NCBI GenBank assembly: GCA_963786935.1 | Contig: CAWBAN010000003.1 | Span: 411,665-475,664 of the forward strand | From: an uncultured bacterium | GTDB lineage: Bacteria > Krumholzibacteriota > Krumholzibacteriia > Krumholzibacteriales > Krumholzibacteriaceae | DNA length: 64,000 nt | Direction of reading: 5' to 3' | Shown: in pieces, positions 50,501 to 59,100 of the stretch | How positions within the stretch are numbered: position 1 is the first letter of the stretch | Layout of the letters: each line of letters starts with the position of its first letter | Position numbers and translations under genes: made by a program | The notes under the pieces: generated by a model | What the model was told of the DNA's origin: nothing | The model's input: the letters and a program-made list of their open reading frames with translations, nothing else | The model's database searches: none

Positions 50501-50553
50501 GCGGTCATGAGGAAAACGCGGATGATGTTGAATGCCCGATGCACGGCTTTCAC
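47520..50553 (-). CDS. Large secreted Ig-like repeat protein with C-terminal FlgD/T9SS-type sorting domain (apparent frameshifts near 49260 and 47960-48030)
   Basis: ORF pieces 48802-50553, 48000-49235 and 47520-47948 continue one another; signal peptide AQA-Q; C-terminal NYPNPFHP..TTIAYKL..V.LKIY...WDGRNG..VASGGY. Confidence 0.8.
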
Positions 50554-51022
50554 CTTCCCTTGCGCGATGCGGGGCGCGCGGTCCCGGCGCGATCGCGACG
50601 CAATCGCGGGCCGATCTTGCGCGAAAAACGGCGCGCCCCCGGCGTTTCGTTTTCGAATCGTTCGTATGCCTGGCTGACCCTCGGGAGTTCAATAAAGCAC
50701 GCCATGAATTTTTCGGAGGCGGCGGGGGAGGAGCGGCGGCGGCGGGATCGGGCGCCGATAACGGTGCCCGATTGAACGGCTTGCGGGGCGCGCGAAATCG
50801 GGCCATAAAAGTGAAACGGTCCCGAAAATGCCTGGAAAAACAGGCCTCGCGAGGCCCCGCCGCGCGCGCATCGTGCATGCGGAAGAACGAGGACGTTCAG
50901 GGAATGGCGGGGGGCGGCGGAGCGCGCCGCCGTTTCATGCAGTCCAAGAGGGGCGTTTGGGGAACGCCTAAAATGCAACGCGCCCGAAAGGTGGATTCAG
51001 GTCAATACGTTCCGGCATGACG

Positions 51023-51052
51023 CGAAAAGGGCGCCCGAAGGCGCCCTTTTCG
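51023..51052. terminator. Rho-independent terminator of the 51078-51830 gene
   Basis: Perfect IR CGAAAAGGGCGCC-CGAA-GGCGCCCTTTTCG. Confidence 0.8.
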
Positions 51053-51077
51053 ATGCGATCTCTCTCGGCGAAAAAGC

Positions 51078-51830
51078 CTATTCGAAGAGGCTCTTCACCG
51101 CGCCCCACGTCGTCGGCTCCACGCCGACCTCGTGCTCGTCCGTCGTGAGCGGGCCGATGGAGAAATCGACCGCCCGCGCCGCATACGCCGAGGCATCGAA
51201 CTTGTAGGTGATCCCGTCGACGTCGGTGAAATCGATAAGCGTGAATTCCGAGAACGGGAACGCGACGACGCCGGACGCGATCGCGAGGGTCTTCGTCACG
51301 CTCGCGGTGTGCTCGTTCGCCGTCCCGCGCCCGCTGATGACCGTGATCGTGCAGGGCACCGGCCGCGTCGCGCTCAGCTCGCCGTCGAGGATGTTGATTT
51401 GAAGCTCCGTCTCTCCCATGGTCGTGAAATTGGAGTTCATGCTGCTGCTCATGCCGTACGTCAGCGTGATAATCGAGTTCGACGCGGTGGCGTGAGCGAT
51501 CTCGAGCAGATTAAAAGCGCTGTAAATGGTCGAGCTCGCCGTTCCCGCAGTGCGGGTGATGAGGGCGTAGCGCTCGCCGCCGATGACACCGGACAGACCG
51601 GTCTGCGACGCGAAGTCGGAAACGGCGTGAGTCACCACGACGCCGGGAGGGCACGAGGCGGCGTTGCACTTGTTTCCCACAAAAATGGTTTCCCACGGAA
51701 TGTCGACGTTCATGGGATAGTTGTTCGTGAACTGGTCGACCGTGATTGCGTACGCGCAGGGGGCGAGGACGACGACGATACCGAACACGGCTGCGAGAAC
51801 CGCTCCAAGAGATGTTAACCGACGATGCAT
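51078..51830 (-). CDS. Secreted protein with C-terminal TWGxVKxLF motif
   Basis: Signal peptide AYA-I; Thr/Ser-rich beta domain; ends VGVEPTTWGAVKSLFE. Confidence 0.8.
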   Translation of the reverse strand: MHRRLTSLGAVLAAVFGIVVVLAPCAYAITVDQFTNNYPMNVDIPWETIFVGNKCNAASCPPGVVVTHAVSDFASQTGLSGVIGGERYALITRTAGTASSTIYSAFNLLEIAHATASNSIITLTYGMSSSMNSNFTTMGETELQINILDGELSATRPVPCTITVISGRGTANEHTASVTKTLAIASGVVAFPFSEFTLIDFTDVDGITYKFDASAYAARAVDFSIGPLTTDEHEVGVEPTTWGAVKSLFE

Positions 51831-51956
51831 AGATGCACTCCCCTCTTCGGTAAGAAAACCCGATCGGCACAGAGTGTTCGATCGGGCAACCTCGCGGACT
51901 GACCGGGAATCTCCTGTCCTCGTTTCCCCTTCAATCCGCCCTCATATTCGGTGGGG

Positions 51957-51985
51957 ATTATACCCCATTTTCTTATTGAAGTCAA
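51957..51985 (-). promoter_or_regulatory. Near-consensus sigma70 promoter TTGACT-17-TATAAT
   Basis: -35 at 51985-51980, -10 at 51962-51957, about 125 nt upstream of ATG 51830. Confidence 0.75.
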
Positions 51986-52064
51986 TATTTATCACGTAAT
52001 TACTAGCATTTGCGGGAGGCATATGAAATCTCAATGGCGGCTGCGCACGACGTGTACCCGGCCG

Positions 52065-53042
52065 CTACTTCGGGGCCTTCGGCCGCAGCTCCTCGATGAT
52101 CTTCGCGTCGATCCAGTACATGTCGCCCGCGCCGTTTCCCGGCTCGTTCGGGCCGGCGCCCGCGATCTTCCTCGTGCTGTTGAAGAAGAGATACTTGCCG
52201 TCGGGGGTGACGATGGGGAAGCGCTCGTTCGCCGCGCTGTTGACGCGATCGCCCATGTTGATCACGTCGCCCCAGGAGCCGTCCGCCCGCTTGAAGGAGA
52301 TGTAGAGGTCGCCGCTCCCGTAGCCGCCCTTGCGGAACGAGCAGAAGATGAAATAGCTTTCGTCAGGCGCGATGTAGGGCGTCCAGTCGGCATCCAGGAT
52401 ATTGAATCTCTCGTCCATCGGAACGGGGGGCTGATACGCCCCATCGACGAACCGCGAAAAGTAGAGCCCGAATCCGTCGGGGGATTTGTCAAACCGTGAT
52501 GAGAAATAGAGCGAGCCGTTCGCGGCGATCGCCGGCTGCCCGTCGAGGCCGTCGGAGTTGGGGGGCGAGGGGAGCTTCTTCTGTTCGCTCCATCCGGCGG
52601 CCGTCCGCTCCACGTACCATAGGTCCATGGTGTTGACGCCGCCCTCTTTCTCGTCCGCCGCGGCGGCGGCGAAATAGATCCGCTTCCCGTCGACGGAGAA
52701 GAAGGGATTGTCATAGCGATATTGCTGCTTCACGAACGGGGCCATACGCGGCTTGGTCCACACGCCGCCCATGCGTTCCATGAAGACGATCGGGCGGCTA
52801 TTCGAAAAGCTGTCGGACTCCTGCACGCCCCAGAACACCGAATTGCCGTCGGGCGAGAAGGTAGGGCTGCTGTGCTCGAAGTAGCCCGTCGAGACGACGC
52901 CGGGGGCGAAGAGCGCGGCGACCGTGCCCGGGGGCTTCTGGCCGAGGTAGGGGCCGGTCAGTTTTGTGATGTCCGCGGGCCGGGAGTTCGGCGCGCACAA
53001 AGAGAAAGCGATGAGATAGAGAATGAGAATAAATCCGTGCAT
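52065..53042 (-). CDS. PD40/WD40-like (TolB-like) beta-propeller protein
   Basis: GPYLGQKPPG...FAPGVVST, repeats PTFSPDG, PFFSVDG, PYIAPDESY, P.VTPDGKYLFF. Confidence 0.88.
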   Translation of the reverse strand: MHGFILILYLIAFSLCAPNSRPADITKLTGPYLGQKPPGTVAALFAPGVVSTGYFEHSSPTFSPDGNSVFWGVQESDSFSNSRPIVFMERMGGVWTKPRMAPFVKQQYRYDNPFFSVDGKRIYFAAAAADEKEGGVNTMDLWYVERTAAGWSEQKKLPSPPNSDGLDGQPAIAANGSLYFSSRFDKSPDGFGLYFSRFVDGAYQPPVPMDERFNILDADWTPYIAPDESYFIFCSFRKGGYGSGDLYISFKRADGSWGDVINMGDRVNSAANERFPIVTPDGKYLFFNSTRKIAGAGPNEPGNGAGDMYWIDAKIIEELRPKAPK

Positions 53043-53157
53043 CGATATACCTCCTCATGAGTTCTATGCTCCCGGCGCGCTTTTGTTCCAATTCTCCGAC
53101 CCGACACCTTCCCAGTCCGCTATCGAAGAGACTCTTTATCCCGCCCCAGATCCGCGC

Positions 53158-55833
53158 CTACCTCAAGAGCACGGCCTTGATGGTGGATGAGGCGCTCGGG
53201 GTCTGTGCCCGTATGAAATACATGCCTGAGGTCGCCGGTCCGCCGTTCGCCCGTTCGCCGCGCCACCTGAGGAGATTGGCGCCCGGGGGAAGCGGACCCT
53301 TCCACAGGCGTGTCACGAGGCGCCCAGCGACGTCGTGGATCGTCACATCGACCTCGGCTCCCGCGTCGAGATCGATCACGATATTCGCCGTCGCGTTGAA
53401 GGGGTTCGGGAAAGCGCGCAGCCGGATCGGCCCGGACGCCGCCGGAGGCGCCGAACGATCCGGGACGGCATACCCTCCGTCGTTCAACACACGGATGACG
53501 GAGTCTTCGTATCGAACCTCTCCGCCGCGCGGCAGATAGAAGGAGAAATCCGCCTCCGGCCGGTCGATGCTCACGGTGTCCGCAGAGAAAACGAGATTGA
53601 GCCTGCCGTCCTCGATCCGCGCGTACGGTATGCCTTCGTACTCGAAGCGGCTCACGTCATTGGCCAGGAGGCCCGCGACCTTGTTCCCGCGCACGCGAAG
53701 AACCGCCAGCCGGGCGTCGGTCGCGATAAGGTGATCCCCTTCCCCCCAATAGCCGACGAACCCTACTCGTATCTCCTGGCCCGATCGATTGATGAGGATG
53801 ATATCGAAAACACCGTCGGGCCAGGCGAGGAGCGTGAAGAACGGTCCGTCCCGGAAGTGGCTGTTCGCGAGCACGTTGTGTCGGGGCGGATCCTCGTCGG
53901 GGATGAGAAGCGAAGAGAAGAAGAAGCTGGTGTCTTCGCAGGAGAGCGAAACGACCTTCGTGTTCGGGTCCTCGTTGCCATTGTCGAAGGGCGTTTCTGA
54001 GACCTCGAGCGAGGAGAATTGCGGGCTCATGACGAGCAGGTTCATCAGGCCGTTGCCCCCGCGTATGCAGATGGGGTTCGCGGAGAGGTCGACGGTGTTC
54101 GTTTCGGCGGTGTGGAGGCGCCACGAGTAGGTGTGGGGAAGCGCGTCTTTCTTGATGTCGTCCACGACGATGAAATAGGGAGGGAGCCCCGCCTCGTGGA
54201 TCACGGCCACTTGCCGGTAGGCGTATTCGACCGGATTCCCGCCGTCATATCCCCACGACCAGATGTCGTCGGGGAAAGGGTAACCGGCCCGGTTGAATTC
54301 GCTGTAGGTCGTGTACGCGGAGGTGGCGTCCCCGAACAGATAGTCGGCGAAGCTGCTCATTATGTGTTCCCGCATGATCCCGTCGGTTCCCACCGAGCCG
54401 CCCGCGTTGTGCTGCCCTTTGCCGTCGATGAGCACGAGGTTGTGCCCTTCGGTGTCTTTCGCGGGGGCGAGGGGTCCATTATCCACGGCGAAGCCCGTTC
54501 CGTACCCCCAGAGGGTGAAGCTGTTCTGGTCTTCGTGCGCGTGCCCGCCCATGAATTTCCCCGAGCGGAAGCTGAAAACGACGTCGTCGGAGGCGTCCCC
54601 CTCGGGCCAGCCGGTCCGGAAGTAATAGAGCCCTTGCCGCCACCAGAGCATGTGGGAGGGGAGTCGGTCGCGCGGGTTCACCGGCGCTATGCCCCGGTGC
54701 CACAGAACCGTCGCCGCCTTGTCCGCGAGGGCGCCCGCGTCGTAGCCGTAGTCCGGCCCCGCGATGCGCTCCCACAGCCACGCGGACACACCGCTCCCAT
54801 ACGCGGTCTGGGCCCAATCGAGGTACGTATGGTAATGGGAGAGCCCATGGCCGAGATACGAAGAGTCGTTGACGTTGTTCACGGCGGCATGCCCGATGGG
54901 AAGCATGGAGAACGCGAGCCACTTCTCGAGGTCCCGGAGCCCCGGGAGCGTCGAGTAGTCATAACGATCGTAGAGGCGCGTGCGCGCCCAGAAGTAATAT
55001 GCGAGATTTCTCATGCTCCATCCGGCGTACATCGGGCCTTCGTCATAGGATCCATTCGGGTCGAGATGCGCCTCGGCCCACACGACGACGTATTCATCCG
55101 CCCGTTCGAGCGTCTCTCGAACCCAATCGCGCGGCATCTCGCCTTCGAGACAGAGCGCGGCGAGACCGAGGGCCGAGCCGATCACGGCGCTGTAATTGCT
55201 CACGTAAGGGCTGTAGAGCCACTTCTGGTACCGAAGAACGGTCATCGTCGTGTCGGTATAGGCGAGAATCTCGTTGCGCACGACCGTCCGCAGCGACTCC
55301 GGCGCATCGGCGAAGAACATGTCGTATCCGAAGGCGAGCGACCGCAGGCGCAGGGACGAGAAGAAGACATCGACGGCGTCGGGCTCATCGGCATCCACGA
55401 GGTAGAGGGTCATGCGCCTGCCCAAGTCGACGGCCTCCGAGTCGATCGGCGTCTCGAGGTACGCGGCGAGCCCCAGGTACTGCATGATGCTGATGGCCGC
55501 CCAGGTATCGGAAAGGAGCTCTTCCTCGGTCTTGGTCGGATAGACGGACTTGACGATGTCGCGTATGGCGGCGTAGGCCTCGTCGTCGCGCCCGCCGTCG
55601 CGGACCTTCTCCCGGAGCGCGGGAATCTCCTGCGGGGTGAAGAGCAGGCGAGGGTGGTTGGCATTGTAGAGCGAGTCGCCGGGTGCAAGGATGGGTCGCA
55701 AAGCCGTTCTCTGGGCGCCTGCCGCCGTAGCCACCCCCGCGACGATCATCGATACGAGGCAGACTATCGCACAAGAGCGTATCATCGGGGCATGGGCTCG
55801 GATGTTCATTTGCGCAAATTGCCGCGCACGCAT
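53158..55833 (-). CDS. Heparinase II/III-family polysaccharide lyase with C-terminal FlgD/T9SS-type domain
   Basis: HPRLLFT, NY, EGPMY, FRTGW, GHAHEDQNSF, HNLVLIDGKGQ; C-terminal AFPNPFNATA...HDVAGRLV..W.G...SGMYF. Confidence 0.85.
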   Translation of the reverse strand: MRARQFAQMNIRAHAPMIRSCAIVCLVSMIVAGVATAAGAQRTALRPILAPGDSLYNANHPRLLFTPQEIPALREKVRDGGRDDEAYAAIRDIVKSVYPTKTEEELLSDTWAAISIMQYLGLAAYLETPIDSEAVDLGRRMTLYLVDADEPDAVDVFFSSLRLRSLAFGYDMFFADAPESLRTVVRNEILAYTDTTMTVLRYQKWLYSPYVSNYSAVIGSALGLAALCLEGEMPRDWVRETLERADEYVVVWAEAHLDPNGSYDEGPMYAGWSMRNLAYYFWARTRLYDRYDYSTLPGLRDLEKWLAFSMLPIGHAAVNNVNDSSYLGHGLSHYHTYLDWAQTAYGSGVSAWLWERIAGPDYGYDAGALADKAATVLWHRGIAPVNPRDRLPSHMLWWRQGLYYFRTGWPEGDASDDVVFSFRSGKFMGGHAHEDQNSFTLWGYGTGFAVDNGPLAPAKDTEGHNLVLIDGKGQHNAGGSVGTDGIMREHIMSSFADYLFGDATSAYTTYSEFNRAGYPFPDDIWSWGYDGGNPVEYAYRQVAVIHEAGLPPYFIVVDDIKKDALPHTYSWRLHTAETNTVDLSANPICIRGGNGLMNLLVMSPQFSSLEVSETPFDNGNEDPNTKVVSLSCEDTSFFFSSLLIPDEDPPRHNVLANSHFRDGPFFTLLAWPDGVFDIILINRSGQEIRVGFVGYWGEGDHLIATDARLAVLRVRGNKVAGLLANDVSRFEYEGIPYARIEDGRLNLVFSADTVSIDRPEADFSFYLPRGGEVRYEDSVIRVLNDGGYAVPDRSAPPAASGPIRLRAFPNPFNATANIVIDLDAGAEVDVTIHDVAGRLVTRLWKGPLPPGANLLRWRGERANGGPATSGMYFIRAQTPSASSTIKAVLLR

Positions 55834-55979
55834 CAGTCAACCTCCCCGGACGATCTTATCAGAAAAAATAACCCTTCGCGTGGGGAAGTTCAGTGGGGGA
55901 AGGTCAATGGTGTTAGCAGGAAGCTCAAGGATAATCACGGGCCAGTTTCATTCTGGAATATAGACTCAAGGGAATGCTG

Positions 55980-56008
55980 TTGAGAACGTTGGCTAATTAT
56001 GATATAAT
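55980..56008 (+). promoter_or_regulatory. Sigma70 promoter TTGAGA-17-TATAAT with extended -10
   Basis: TTGAGA 55980-55985, TGA-TATAAT 56000-56008, upstream of ATG 56131. Confidence 0.7.
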
Positions 56009-56130
56009 ATCGCCCATTCATTCGGCTCAACAATGGGGGAAAGAGAATTTATAGAAGTATCTGATCAAATGATTATCTCTGTAGTGCTTTTCTGTCTTGT
56101 GCCCAGTGGCTCTCTAGAAGGGAGAATGCG

Positions 56131-59100
56131 ATGAGAAGGGTTTACGTGTTGTTCGCCGTGCTCTTGTTGACGCTCGTGGTGGCTTCCACAGCGTCAATTG
56201 CCGCCGATCGCTTCGTCTACCCCGTACTCGGCAATGGCCAGACGGACCCCGCGAACAACACGGTGGATCCGAGGGATGATGGTTGGTTCATCCAGAACTA
56301 CTTTGGAAACTACTATACCGGCGCTTGCGGCACTGATTACCCCTATCACCCCGGCGCTGATCTGAACCGTACCGGCGGCGACGACGATTACCCTGTTTAT
56401 GCTGTGGCGGATGGGGAGGTGATCCGTGTTAAAGACATGGGATCTCTGGGCTGGGCTGTGATCATCAAACATACGCTACCCGTTTCGGTCGACATGACAT
56501 CGTATTTCCTCGCCGGTACAAATATCCCGGCGCAGTGGCAGACCGTTTCAGTCGTTAGTTCGGCGTATCTTCACATTCATAACGTCCAGGTGGCAGAGAC
56601 AAATCTTATTACACGGGGTCAGTATATTGGCGACATCGATCCCAGTTTGGCGCACCTGCATTTCGAAATGCGCGCGAATGACAATTACCAGACTGCTAAC
56701 CCAAGCTATCCGTGTGGCTATTACGACACCAAACAAGCGATCACTGATTTCGGCTATATCAATGGCATGGCGTTCATTGCCGATCATCTGCAGGTATTAT
56801 CTGTCGGCCAAGGATCTCGTGACCCAGCTGCTTTTCAAGCCGCATACGATAGAATGGAAGGTTCTACTAATGGCTGGGCGCCCAAAAGCGCCATTATTCT
56901 AGAGGGCACAGGAGAAATTCAGGAATTCAACACCGGGAATGTTGGTGAGGCAATCATATCTCTTAGAGATGGTGCCACTACTGCCTTCGCCACATACGGC
57001 GCCATATATCAGAAGTACAAATCCTTGGGTCGTGGGAATTCAGTTTTGGGCTACCCAAAGAGCGACGAAGGCAACACAATTCCCTCGCCATACGGCTCCA
57101 ATGGACGATATACGCTTTGCGATTTCGGAACAATCAACTATGTCATAGGTGGGAGCGAGACCCACGAGGTTCACGGGCCCAATTTTGACCACTTTGCACT
57201 TGCTGGCTACTCGGGCTGGCATGGCTTCCCGACGAGCGATGTCTATAATTGGAATGGCAACCAGAGAACGGACGTCGAAGAAGGCGGATACATTTATACT
57301 GATCCACTCAATGTCACTCGATTTCATTCTCCAACGGCCCCCCGTGGGTTGCGTATTTTTCAAATATCGCCATCCGGCATTACCATTTCATGGTCTGATT
57401 ACTCCAGCATTGAATCATCATTTCGACTCTATAAGATTACTTGGCATCCGACGAGTGTTCGTAGCAGTGATGCTGCAAACGGTATGAGCATTGCCCTTGC
57501 CGATGGGACGGTGCGGAATTATGTGAAAGCGGCTACTGAAGAGATCGTGCTTCCTGCTGATGCCGTCGATTATGAAGATTTGGCTGTAGCACCAGGAAAC
57601 GCTTATTCGTATTCGGTTGCTGGATTCTACAATGATTCGGGATCCCCCATTTCAAATGAAGTGACGGTGCAGGTCGGAGCGTTGGGCACTATCACTGTGC
57701 CGGACGATTCTCCTACAATACAGGGCGCCATTAATATGGCTGCCGCTGGTGATATTGTCCTCGTTAGACCCGGAATTTATCTTGAGAATATAACCATAAA
57801 CAAAGCGATTTCAGTTCAATCGTCAATGGGCAGCGACAGTACGACTATTATTGGCACGAGTACCAGCACAGATGTGGTTTCGATCACTGTCAATGGCGCC
57901 TTTCTCGCCGGATTCACCATAGATTCAGGGAGATATGGCTTGGCCGTTTCGTCAAGTGTATCCGATATAAGCATTGTGGATTGTGCGATTCAAAATACGA
58001 CCAGCTTCCATATGTCAATACCACCCAATGTAGCCACGAGAGTCGTTCCCAATATAAATTTGGCGGCACATGCATCCGGTAAATATAACGCCATCGTTAT
58101 CCTTGGAGGGATTCTTACCACCTCATCGACCTGGCCGGTACCGCCGACGGGTTTTGTGTACTACCTGCGTGACGAGAACTATCTGAGGATCAACGGTTCG
58201 GGGACGCCGGTGCTGCACTTGCTTCCGGGCACGGTGGTCAAGTTCGAGGTTGATGCGGGGATTTACGTTGGGACGACGACACTGGCGGGCGGGCTCATTG
58301 CGAACGGTGTGGTATTTACCTCGTACCGTGATGATGCGGTGGGTGGTGACAGCGATGGGACGGCTACTGCTCCTGCTCCCTCGGACTGGCGGCTGATCTA
58401 CCTGGATACTGCGGCGCGTGCCGACTCGTGTGTGTTCACTGGCTGCGAGTTCCGGTATGGAGGAGAGGACGCTGTCGAAACGGTGGAGGTTCACACGAAT
58501 GCGACGTTTTCGGGGTGTGCGTTCAAGAATAGCGCTACGTCGGCTCTCTGCGTAGTGAATGCAGCTCCAGTGGTAACAGGATGCACGATGAACTCGTGGT
58601 TGCGCATGGAAGGGTCATCGTCAGCAGCCGCTGTGTCCGGCAATACGATTGGACCCATCGCGAGCAGTAGCAGCAGCTACGCGGTATTGGTTGTTGGCAA
58701 TTGCATGCAGAAAGTTGTCGGCCAGAACACGCTTGTGCCGCGCGGTGATGGGAGATGGAACCGGCTGGGAGTGCTGAACTCGACGCTCACGAGCTCAGCG
58801 ACGTGGCCGGTACCGCCGAGTGGGTTTGTGTACTTCTTACCTGACGAGAACTATCTGAGGATCAACGGTTCGGGGACGCCGGTGCTGCACTTGCTTCCGG
58901 GCACGGTGGTCAAGTTCGAGGTTGATGCTGGGATTTACGCTGGGACGACGACACTGGCGGGCGGGCTCATTGCGAACGGTGTGGTATTTACCTCGTACCG
59001 TGATGATGCGGTGGGTGGTGACAGCGATGGGACGGCTACTGCTCCTGCTCCCTCGGACTGGCGGCTGATCTACCTGGATACTGCGGCGCGTGCCGACTCG

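Noticed and set aside
50688..50706. Sigma54-like promoter (TGGCGTGCTTTATTGA, minus strand) for the PorV/Ton operon
   Set aside because: The -24/-12 GG-N10-GC spacing and the GC dinucleotide are not satisfied.
72..55983. Many long antisense or alternative-frame ORFs (e.g. 72-1751 +, 7761-10796 -, 14126-17338 +, 28073-30937 -, 32238-34592 +, 54019-55983 +)
   Set aside because: They are shadow ORFs of real genes in high-GC DNA; Arg/Gly/Ala-rich with no family motifs.
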